The notes below the pieces were generated by a model. It saw only the letters and a list, made by a program, of their open reading frames with translations, ran no database searches and was not told the origin of the DNA. A DNA stretch of 64,000 bases, taken from positions 65,846 to 129,845 of the forward strand of contig JAABTH010000004.1 in the NCBI GenBank assembly GCA_011389985.1, in the 5' to 3' direction. Below, one piece after another: positions 30,712 to 38,969 of the stretch. The stretch's first letter is position 1. The number at the start of each line of letters is the position of its first letter. Source of the stretch: Bacillota bacterium (GTDB taxonomy: Bacteria > Bacillota > Dethiobacteria > DTU022). Position numbers and translations under genes: made by a program.

Positions 30712-31710
30712 TTATAGTATTTTCCCCCAATGTTTCATTATCTCTCTGAACGAAGTGCCGCACTGCGGGCAGTCACCCTGGTAATGAAGAATAAAACTGC
30801 ATTTGCTGCATTTAATTGCCGGTATCCTTTTTCTTTCATTAGCCATTTTTTCAGCTACCATTGTTATTGTCGGTTTCAGATCGTTGCCTGCTTCTCCTGC
30901 ATGCTTGTCTTCCGTTCTGTCGTTAAGCTTCTCTGGTGGCTTCTGCTGCGTTTTATCCGGCTTGTTAATACCATAGGTATAGTCGCTTTTGCAATTCATA
31001 GGAAGCCTTCCTGCTGTAATGATGTTTTTATCATCCGGAAATTTATTGAAGTTAATTTGTTTCTGACTTTCATCAGCTGCGGGCATACCACTTCTTGTTA
31101 CAGTTTCTCTGGTAATATCAGGAATATCTTTGCTGTCAAACAGCAGCCTGGTATATATCTGTGTAGCCGAGGCTTCCCTGTGTCCGAGTGCATCCTGCAG
31201 TAGTTTTATATCCCTGGTTTCGCGGATAAAATCAACTGCAAATGTATATCTAAGCAGGTGCGGATAAACATCTTTTAATATACCAGCTTTACGGGAGAGC
31301 CGTTTGATCATTTCACGAATGTACCTATCCTTTAACTTGCATCCGTCAAGTGTGGTAAAAAAAACTGTTGAGCCCCTGGGTTTAATCTCGCGCCAGCTTT
31401 TAAGAAGCATCAATTCAGCCTGATCAAGCCATAGCTTCCGGCTTAGCGCCGCCCCGCTTTCTCTTATAAAGATTTTACTTTCATCCCAGTCAATATCATT
31501 TACCTGCAGGTTGATGATTTCGCCGACCCGCATTCCCGTTTTCAACATGAGGCTGATTATACAAAGATTCCTCAGCCCTGTCGGTGCCCTTGGATTGGGC
31601 TGTTTGAGAAGAGCCAACTGTTCATAACTGTTTAGTGGTTCAGGGTTTCTTTTTGATATTGACATCCGAATCACCTTATATAATACCATATTAATAGTAT
31701 GCGGTATCAA
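30712..31710 (-). mobile_element. atypical short tyrosine recombinase (XerC/D-phage integrase catalytic domain only) with a C-terminal zinc-ribbon extension
   Basis: 332 aa; box I (LRNLCIISLMLKTGMRVGEI), box II (HLLRYTFAV), catalytic Tyr (ATQIYTRL); almost no N-terminal core-binding domain; C-terminal CSKCS...CPQCG. Confidence 0.7.
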
Positions 31711-31879
31711 TATTATCTTATTGAATTATATATATATTCTGAATGATCGTCAATGTTTTGTCAAGTTTTTTCCGGTACATTATTTAGTTCCGAAAAATAA
31801 TATGCTTGACAAAGAGAATATAATTAGGTAATCTTACATTCAAGTTAATATTTAAAAGGCAATGATCGGGACCAGTAAC

Positions 31880-32110
31880 CGGCAAATGAGTTTACAGAGA
31901 GCTGCTGCAGGGTGAAAAGCAGCAATGAAGATGCCGGAGAACTCCTCCGTTAGCCGCCAACCGAAATCTCAACTGCTAAAGAGGGATGAAATTAGGCCTG
32001 GCCGGAGACTTCCGTTATCTTAAAGAGTGGGTGGTAGTAGTTTTGCCGCCAAGTAGAGTGGTAACACGGAAATAAACTTTCGTCTCTTGTACGAAAGTTT
32101 TTTTTATTTG
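31880..32110 (+). promoter_or_regulatory. probable T-box leader (likely tRNA-Leu responsive) with a terminator, upstream of leuA
   Basis: AGAGAG box near 31905; candidate specifier loop containing CUC; T-box core AGAGTGGGTGGTA at 32024-32036 (the UGGU would pair with an A73 NCCA end); 10-bp terminator hairpin AAACTTTCGT-CTCTTGT-ACGAAAGTTT then T11 at 32074-32108. Confidence 0.5.
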
Positions 32111-32163
32111 GCTCTCCCCCACTCTCGATTTATAGAGAATCAGTTAAATTTGGAGGGATAAAA

Positions 32164-33711
32164 ATGAGTGAAATCATTGCAAGACCGGAAAGTGCAGAAA
32201 AAATATTTATTTTTGACAGTACTCTAAGAGATGGCGAACAGACACCGGGGGCACGGCTCAATTATGAAGAAAAAATTGAAGTTGCCCGACAATTGGCCAG
32301 GCTTAATGTTGATGTGATCGAAGCAGGTTTTCCTGTTTCATCGCCCGGTGAAAAGAAAGCTGTGCAGGCAATATCAAGACAGGTAGAAGGCCCGGTAATT
32401 TGTGCGCTGGCCAGGACTGTCCAGAAAGATATAGATGAAGCATGGGAAGCCGTTAAAGAAGCTAAAAGACCGCGACTGCACGTATTCCTGGGTGCCTCAG
32501 ATATACATATGGAGCATAAATTGAAAAAAGACCCCTCCCTTCTTCTTGAGCAGGGTGTGGATGCTGTAAAATATGCAAAAAAATTCTGCAGTGATGTAGA
32601 ATACTCTCCCGAGGATGCAACACGGGCGAGAGAAGAATATCTTTACGAGCTAATTGAAGCTGTTATCAAGGCCGGTGCAACAGTTATTAACATTCCTGAC
32701 ACAGTTGGCTACGCCGTGCCTGAAGAATTTGGCGCAATGATCAGGGGGCTGCGTGAGAATGTTTCCGGCATAGATAAAGTGACCTTAAGTGTTCACTGCC
32801 ATAACGACCTGGGGTTGGCGGTAGCGAACTCTCTGGAGGCGATTAAGAACGGTGCCAGGCAGATTGAGTGTAATATAAATGGTATCGGTGAAAGGGCCGG
32901 TAATGCTGCCCTGGAGGAAATTGCCGTGGCACTGCGTATTCGCGGTAACCATTTTCCTTACTATACAGACCTTAATTTCTCCGAAATTTACAGAACCAGT
33001 CGTTTGGTTAGCAAGCTTACGCGAATATCAATTCCTTCGAATAAAGCTGTCGTGGGTCTGAATGCTTTTGCTCACTCTTCCGGCATTCACCAGGATGGTA
33101 TCCTGAAAAATAAAGAAACATATGAAATAATTGATGCAGAGCTGATCGGCGGCAAAGCAGCTCAAATGTGCCTTACCGCCCGTTCCGGCAGGCACGCTGT
33201 GCTGGATCAACTTAATAAGCTCGGGTTTTCACTTGATCGTGAGCAGCTTGAAAAAATATATGATCATTTTGTAAACCTGGCGGACAAGAAAAAAGAAGTT
33301 TACCCTGAAGATCTTGAAGCTCTGGTTCTTGATCATCTTTCATTTACAGAACCGAGGTACAAGCTCGATTACATGCAGACCATTAGTGGAAGTAAGAGTA
33401 TTCCTGCAGCTGTTATACGCCTCAGGAGAGACGATGACAGCACTGTCGAAGAGGTTGCCATCGGCAGCGGTCCAATCGATGCTGCCTATAACGCAATCAA
33501 TAAGATAACCGGCTTGAGTATCAGTCTGGAAAACTACCGAATCAATGCTGTAACGCAGGGCCGTGATGCTCTTGGGGAGGTTCAGGTCCAGATGTCTTAC
33601 CAGGACAGAACCATAAAAGGGCGGGGAACAAGCACCGACATCATTGAAGCCAGTGTCAAAGCTTATCTTAACGGTCTTAATAAACTTCTTAAACTTAACG
33701 GTTATCAGTAA
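32164..33711 (+). CDS. leuA: 2-isopropylmalate synthase (long form with LeuA-dimer regulatory domain)
   Basis: 515 aa; DRE-TIM motifs (LRDGEQ, HCHNDLG) and a C-terminal regulatory domain. Confidence 0.85.
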   Translation: MSEIIARPESAEKIFIFDSTLRDGEQTPGARLNYEEKIEVARQLARLNVDVIEAGFPVSSPGEKKAVQAISRQVEGPVICALARTVQKDIDEAWEAVKEAKRPRLHVFLGASDIHMEHKLKKDPSLLLEQGVDAVKYAKKFCSDVEYSPEDATRAREEYLYELIEAVIKAGATVINIPDTVGYAVPEEFGAMIRGLRENVSGIDKVTLSVHCHNDLGLAVANSLEAIKNGARQIECNINGIGERAGNAALEEIAVALRIRGNHFPYYTDLNFSEIYRTSRLVSKLTRISIPSNKAVVGLNAFAHSSGIHQDGILKNKETYEIIDAELIGGKAAQMCLTARSGRHAVLDQLNKLGFSLDREQLEKIYDHFVNLADKKKEVYPEDLEALVLDHLSFTEPRYKLDYMQTISGSKSIPAAVIRLRRDDDSTVEEVAIGSGPIDAAYNAINKITGLSISLENYRINAVTQGRDALGEVQVQMSYQDRTIKGRGTSTDIIEASVKAYLNGLNKLLKLNGYQ

Positions 33712-33721
33712 TTATAAAAAG

Positions 33722-33735
33722 CAAACAAAAGTTTG
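33722..33735 (+). promoter_or_regulatory. palindrome CAAAC-AAAA-GTTTG upstream of lexA (candidate variant SOS operator)
   Basis: inverted repeat 17 nt upstream of an extended -10 (TGTTATAAT at 33753-33761); 10 of 14 positions match CGAACRNRYGTTYC. Confidence 0.3.
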
Positions 33736-33792
33736 TTGCCATGATTAAGATATGTTATAATCATCAATAAACAGGCTCGAAGGGGTGATTCT

Positions 33793-34404
33793 TTGGAGAG
33801 ACTGACGGAAAAGCAAAAGAGAGTATTAAAGTTTATAGAACAGGAAGTAGCCCGTTGCAATTACCCGCCTTCTGTCCGGGAAATCGGTAAAGCCCTTGGC
33901 ATAAGTTCCACAGCTACTGTTCACGGTTATCTTGATATCCTCGAAGAAAAAGGCTACATATCCAGAATGGCCACTAAACCTCGAGCGATAAAAATTCTCC
34001 GAGATCCCGAGGGGAACCCCGAACTGAAGTGTTCTTTTGCTCCCATGATCGGCAGAATTACAGCAGGTTCGCCTGTTCTCGCTGAAGAGAACCTGGAAGG
34101 CTATTTCCCTATACCTGATCAGCTCACAGCTGTAGAAGACTGTTTTGTCCTCCAGATCTCCGGGATGAGTATGGTTGGGGCTGGTATCAGTGATGGCGAC
34201 TATGTATATATCAGGCAGCAAAATACTGCTGAAAATGGAGAAATTGTTGCTGTTTTACTTGAAGATGAAGCTACGGTTAAGCGTTTTTACCGTGAAGGCG
34301 GCAGTTACCGGTTACAGCCGGAAAATGATGCTTACGAGCCGATTATCGTCAATAAGGTTGATGTCCTCGGCAAGGTAATCGGGCTGTTCCGAAAAATTCA
34401 ATAG
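33793..34404 (+). CDS. lexA: LexA repressor
   Basis: 203 aa; N-terminal wHTH; S24 peptidase domain with the Ala-Gly cleavage site and Ser/Lys dyad context (GMSMVGAGI...). Confidence 0.9.
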   Translation: MERLTEKQKRVLKFIEQEVARCNYPPSVREIGKALGISSTATVHGYLDILEEKGYISRMATKPRAIKILRDPEGNPELKCSFAPMIGRITAGSPVLAEENLEGYFPIPDQLTAVEDCFVLQISGMSMVGAGISDGDYVYIRQQNTAENGEIVAVLLEDEATVKRFYREGGSYRLQPENDAYEPIIVNKVDVLGKVIGLFRKIQ

Positions 34405-34444
34405 CAATTATTAGTTATTATATTCGTTGAAGATCATGGTCCTG

Positions 34445-34473
34445 TCCGACATTTTTGTCGGATGGGTATTTTT
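34445..34473 (+). terminator. lexA intrinsic terminator
   Basis: TCCGACA-TTTTT-GTCGGA then TGGGTATTTTTA. Confidence 0.5.
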
Positions 34474-34509
34474 ATATGAGTTTAAATATGCAGTCATTTT
34501 ACAGCTAAA

Positions 34510-35781
34510 TCAGGGTTGTAGATAGTTCTGGAGCTTTCGCGCGAGATCAGCATTAACTGTAGCGCTGATCTTGAGGTAATCAGTCTGATATTCAATACTC
34601 TCTATTTCGCCTTGTTCCTGCAGCTGTGATAAAAGTTTTCCTTCACTGTATGGCAGGTATACATGAATGGTGGATCGTTGTTCACGGATAAAGGCGACTA
34701 TCTTTTCTTTTAACTCTTCAAGGCCTTTTTTTTCAAGGGCGGATATAAAAAGTGAATTGGGGAATTCCCTGGCCAGGTAAAGCTTGTCAACGTCCTCATC
34801 GGCCAAATCTATCTTATTAAATACAATTATTTCTCGCATATAATAATCAGGGTCTATCTTAACAAGATGTTCGCGCACTACCCTGATCTGTCTGAGGTGA
34901 TCATTGTGACTCATATCGACCACATGAAGCAGAATATCGGCAGCTGCAATTTCTTCAAGTGTAGCCTGAAATGCAGTCACCAGTTGTTTGGGCAGTTTTT
35001 CAATAAAACCAACAGTATCTGTATAGAGAGCTTCCTGTCCCCCACTTAAAGTACCGCGCCTAACTGTCGGGTCAAGCGTGGCGAAAAGCTTGTTTTCAGT
35101 GTAAAGATCGGCCCCGGTCAGTGAATTTAAAAGGGTTGATTTACCTGCATTTGTATAACCGACAAGAGATATTACATGACACTGATTACGTTTTCTGCGC
35201 TGCCGGTGCAAGCTGCGGTGTTTGCGAAGCAGCATAATTTCTTTTTTCAGATCGCTGATTCTTTTTCGAATAACTCGTCGGTCAACTTCAAGCTGTGTTT
35301 CTCCGGGACCCCTGGTGCCAATACCGCCACCAAGACGGGAGAGTTGGTTGCCAAGTCCTATCAGGCGCGGAAGTAGGTAATGAAGCTGTGCCAGTTCTAC
35401 CTGGTGCTTACCTTCTTTAGAAAGTGCACGTCGTGCAAAAATATCCAGGATTAAAGCGGTCCTGTCAATCACTTTAATGCCGATCATTTTATCCAGATTG
35501 CGAATTTGTGATGGTGACAATTCTTCGTTGAAAATAATAAGATCGGCGTCGTGCATTCGTGCAAGTGCAGCAAGCTCTTCAACTTTTCCTTTGCCAATGT
35601 AATAAGTTTTGTCAGGATTGTTACGGTTTTGCACCATACGATCAACTACTTTGGCCCCTGCAGTATCAGCAAGCAGGGCAAGTTCATCCATGGATCGCTC
35701 AAAATCTTCACCTGCCGATCCCAGGTCAAGACCGACAAGCAGAGCTATTTCATTTTCTTTTTTCATAATATTATTCTGCAT
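34510..35781 (-). CDS. hflX: GTPase HflX
   Basis: 423 aa; HflX N-domain plus G-domain ([14 protein letters not shown]). Confidence 0.9.
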   Translation of the reverse strand: MQNNIMKKENEIALLVGLDLGSAGEDFERSMDELALLADTAGAKVVDRMVQNRNNPDKTYYIGKGKVEELAALARMHDADLIIFNEELSPSQIRNLDKMIGIKVIDRTALILDIFARRALSKEGKHQVELAQLHYLLPRLIGLGNQLSRLGGGIGTRGPGETQLEVDRRVIRKRISDLKKEIMLLRKHRSLHRQRRKRNQCHVISLVGYTNAGKSTLLNSLTGADLYTENKLFATLDPTVRRGTLSGGQEALYTDTVGFIEKLPKQLVTAFQATLEEIAAADILLHVVDMSHNDHLRQIRVVREHLVKIDPDYYMREIIVFNKIDLADEDVDKLYLAREFPNSLFISALEKKGLEELKEKIVAFIREQRSTIHVYLPYSEGKLLSQLQEQGEIESIEYQTDYLKISATVNADLARKLQNYLQP

Positions 35782-35851
35782 GTGCCTTTATCTCCGATTT
35801 GTTCTTTATTATAAAGAGCAAGTAGTTTAAAGTTTAAAAAAAAATGGTAAG

Positions 35852-35882
35852 CAGAAAAAAGACACTTCTTTTCAGTGTCTTT
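35852..35882 (-). terminator. hfq intrinsic terminator
   Basis: minus strand reads AAGACACT-GAAAAGA-AGTGTCTT followed by TTTTTTCT. Confidence 0.55.
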
Positions 35883-35905
35883 TTTTCAGAGATTACAGAA
35901 ATAGC

Positions 35906-36175
35906 TTAAAGAGATTCCTCCGGTGAATCATCATCGCCGGATTCATCGTTATCAGATGTCCTCATGTTAATATTGCGCATCGGTATAATTGTTGAAACCG
36001 CATGCTTGTAGACAAGCTGTTGTTTGCCTTCCACCTCAAGCAAAATGGTGAAGTTATCAAAGCTGCGGACAACACCTTTTATCTGGTATCCGTTTACGAG
36101 AAAAACTGTAGCTAACATGTTTTCTTTGCGAGCCTGGTTAAGAAAAGTATCCTGTAAATTGATCATGCCTTTCAT
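35906..36175 (-). CDS. hfq: RNA chaperone Hfq (with acidic C-terminal tail)
   Basis: 89 aa; Sm1/Sm2 motifs ([11 protein letters not shown]...YKHAVSTI). Confidence 0.9.
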   Translation of the reverse strand: MKGMINLQDTFLNQARKENMLATVFLVNGYQIKGVVRSFDNFTILLEVEGKQQLVYKHAVSTIIPMRNINMRTSDNDESGDDDSPEESL

Positions 36176-36202
36176 CTATCTGGCTCCCTTCATTTCTGTT
36201 GC

Positions 36203-37147
36203 TTAGAAAGTATTATTCGCCTGTGATGGCATAAGTTCCTTCACTTCGGCGTAAATAATTTCTAATGAATCGTTTAAATCGCTATTTTCGCCAACTTTTA
36301 GCCACTTTACATTTTTAAGGCGACGAAACCAGGTTAATTGTCTTTTAGCAAGATTTCTTGTTTCTTTTTTAATTTCGCTAACTGTTTCTTCCCAGTTTTT
36401 TTCACCCTGAATATATTTTAATAGCTGACGATAACCAAGTATCTGCATGCCGGGTGCATCTTCACTGTAACCATCACGCTTAAGGGCTTTTGCTTCATCT
36501 AAAAAGCCTTTCTCGATCATCATGTCAACTCGTCTGTCGATTCGCTCGTACAGCTCTGCTCTTTCCATTTGAAGGCAATAAAATAGGCATTCGTAAGGTG
36601 ATTGAGCTGGATTAGTTTCAGTAACCTGGTGTGAAATTGGTTTGCCTTCAAGGCTGTAAACTTCAAGAGCTCTGATAATTCTGCGACGGTCGTTGGGATG
36701 AATATTTTCAGCCGCGTCTTGATCGACCTCCTGCAGTTGTTTATACATAGTCTTTAAACCCTTTTCATCTGCTTCATTATTAAGATATTTTCTTAATTCT
36801 GCTGATACTCCTTTTTTCCCAAAAGCATAACTGTCTGTAACCGCCCTGATATAAAGACCGGTACCACCTACCATAAAAGGCAGTTTGCCGGATGACCAGA
36901 TCTGATTAATCGCTTTTTCAGATACCCTTTGGAAATCTGCAGCGCTGAATGGCTGATCAGGATCTACCAGATCGAGCAAATGATGTTTTATCTCCTCTTG
37001 TTCCTGCAAGGAGGGTTTGGCTGTACCGATATCAAGTTTTCGATAAACCTGTGCTGAATCTGCAGTTATTATATCAGTAGAAAATATGTGCGCCAGTTTC
37101 ATGGCCAGGACTGACTTACCGACAGCAGTAGGTCCTGCCAGAACCAC
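36203..37147 (-). CDS. miaA: tRNA dimethylallyltransferase
   Basis: 314 aa; P-loop GPTAVGKS; conserved miaA-hfq linkage. Confidence 0.9.
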   Translation of the reverse strand: MVLAGPTAVGKSVLAMKLAHIFSTDIITADSAQVYRKLDIGTAKPSLQEQEEIKHHLLDLVDPDQPFSAADFQRVSEKAINQIWSSGKLPFMVGGTGLYIRAVTDSYAFGKKGVSAELRKYLNNEADEKGLKTMYKQLQEVDQDAAENIHPNDRRRIIRALEVYSLEGKPISHQVTETNPAQSPYECLFYCLQMERAELYERIDRRVDMMIEKGFLDEAKALKRDGYSEDAPGMQILGYRQLLKYIQGEKNWEETVSEIKKETRNLAKRQLTWFRRLKNVKWLKVGENSDLNDSLEIIYAEVKELMPSQANNTF

Positions 37148-37182
37148 CAGCGGAATTTTCTTACCCTCTTGTTCAGTTATGT

Positions 37183-38961
37183 TCAGGTTGACACACCTCC
37201 GCGATGAAAGCCTTTTTCAAGTCTTGATCGTTCAAAGCTGATCACGGTTGGCCTGCCGTGTGGGCAATATTGCGCGTTTGGTGTATTTTCCCATTCCCTT
37301 AATAGTTCAGTCATTTCATTCCAGGTCAGTTTTTGTTTTGCTTTAACAGAACGGTGACAGGCGATAGTTTTATGGACTATATCCTTGGTTATAGTTTCGG
37401 TTAAATCTTCAACTTCGAGCAGTTTTTCGAGCATATCATATATTTCTTCATTTCCCGGATTGTTTCTCAGCATAAATGGAACGGATCTTACTACGTAGCT
37501 TTTTTCGCCCAGAGCTTCTATTTCAAAGCCGAATTCTTTCAAAGCGGGTAAAATATTATCTGCTTTTTGAAGCCATATTGCCGGCAGATCAATAGTCAAA
37601 GGAATAGTCAGTTGTGCACTCTCCCCCCTCTTTTCCTCTGTTAATAACCGGTTATAGATCATCCTTTCATGAGCTGCATGCTGATCTATAAGCAGAAGTT
37701 TGTCCTCATTCTGCACAACGAGATAGCTGTTGAGGTATTGGCCTATTAAGCGGCAGGCGTTCTCTTTATCCTGTTTCTCTGTGAAGCCGGCATTAAAAAG
37801 AGATTTATTGTCATTGTCTTCCAGGTTTAGCGAATTTTCTTTTAAAAAACGTTCATATGCAAAAGGAATTCCGGGAACTCTGCTTTCACGAACAAGATCA
37901 GTCTGTTCCATCTTGTCAGAAATTCTAAATTCAACTTCAGATCGACTTTCAGGCCAGGCAGGTATGTGTGTAGAACGCTGCAAAGTAAGCTTAATGGACC
38001 TGTAAACAAGGTTTTTTACCTTATCAGGTTGCTCGAATCTTATTTCAGTTTTGGCAGGGTGAACGTTTACGTCTAGAGTATCCGGAGGCAGATCTAGAAG
38101 CAAAGCCGCGATGGGGTGACGCCGACTTGGCAGTAGATCTCCGTAGGCCCTTTCAATAGCGTTTACAATCATCGCGTTTTTGATCAGGCGCCCGTTGATG
38201 ACTACCGTTATCCATTTTCTGGTAGAACGAGTCATGGATGGTGCCGAAATATAACCTTTTAGGGAAGAGCCTGTCTCTTTGTCGAGATGTTTAATTTCCT
38301 GCATTGTCTCAGCAACATCATTGCCATAAACAGCTCCAATAGTATGGAGAAGGTTTCCGTCTCCACCCGAATAAAAAATGCTTTTTCCTTTGCTCTTCAA
38401 TTCAAAAGATACATGAGAGTTCGCAAGAGCCATTTCTGTAAGCAGTGCACTGATTCTTGAAGTTTCGAAAGCTGCAGCGCGAAGAAATTTCAAACGACCG
38501 GGTGTATTGTAGAATAGATCAGAAACCTCTACCCTTGTACCGGGAGGAGCCCCAATTTCTACCTGTTCCATGATCTCCCCACCGGTTATGGTTAATCCGG
38601 CGCCTGAAATTAATCTTTCCGGTCTCGAGATCATTTTAACCCTGGCAATTGCAGCTATACTCGGCAGTGCTTCGCCCCGAAACCCGAGGCTTTTTATCCT
38701 GCTTAGATCTTCAAAACTGTTAAGCTTACTGGTAGCAAACCGCTTAAATGCTAAGGTAAGTTCTTCAGGTGCCATTCCATGACCATTATCGGTAACACTT
38801 ATAAACTTTTTACCGCCTTCCTCAAGCATAACTGCGATCCTCGTTGAGCCGGCATCAAGCGCATTTTCAACCAGTTCTTTTACCACTGATGAGGGATTTT
38901 CGATTACTTCACCAGCAGCAATTTGTTCGGCTGTATCTTTATCAAGGATCTTAATTTTCAT
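37183..38961 (-). CDS. mutL: DNA mismatch repair protein MutL
   Basis: 592 aa; GHKL ATPase N-terminus, C-terminal dimerisation/endonuclease domain. Confidence 0.9.
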   Translation of the reverse strand: MKIKILDKDTAEQIAAGEVIENPSSVVKELVENALDAGSTRIAVMLEEGGKKFISVTDNGHGMAPEELTLAFKRFATSKLNSFEDLSRIKSLGFRGEALPSIAAIARVKMISRPERLISGAGLTITGGEIMEQVEIGAPPGTRVEVSDLFYNTPGRLKFLRAAAFETSRISALLTEMALANSHVSFELKSKGKSIFYSGGDGNLLHTIGAVYGNDVAETMQEIKHLDKETGSSLKGYISAPSMTRSTRKWITVVINGRLIKNAMIVNAIERAYGDLLPSRRHPIAALLLDLPPDTLDVNVHPAKTEIRFEQPDKVKNLVYRSIKLTLQRSTHIPAWPESRSEVEFRISDKMEQTDLVRESRVPGIPFAYERFLKENSLNLEDNDNKSLFNAGFTEKQDKENACRLIGQYLNSYLVVQNEDKLLLIDQHAAHERMIYNRLLTEEKRGESAQLTIPLTIDLPAIWLQKADNILPALKEFGFEIEALGEKSYVVRSVPFMLRNNPGNEEIYDMLEKLLEVEDLTETITKDIVHKTIACHRSVKAKQKLTWNEMTELLREWENTPNAQYCPHGRPTVISFERSRLEKGFHRGGVST

Positions 38962-38969
38962 ATACGAAT

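Noticed and set aside
31711-31860. att-site direct repeat of the tRNA-Gln 3' end near the recombinase
   Set aside because: I searched by eye for GTTCGATCCCTAGTCCCGCA-like sequence flanking 30.4-31.9 kb and found none. The island hypothesis is therefore kept at low confidence.
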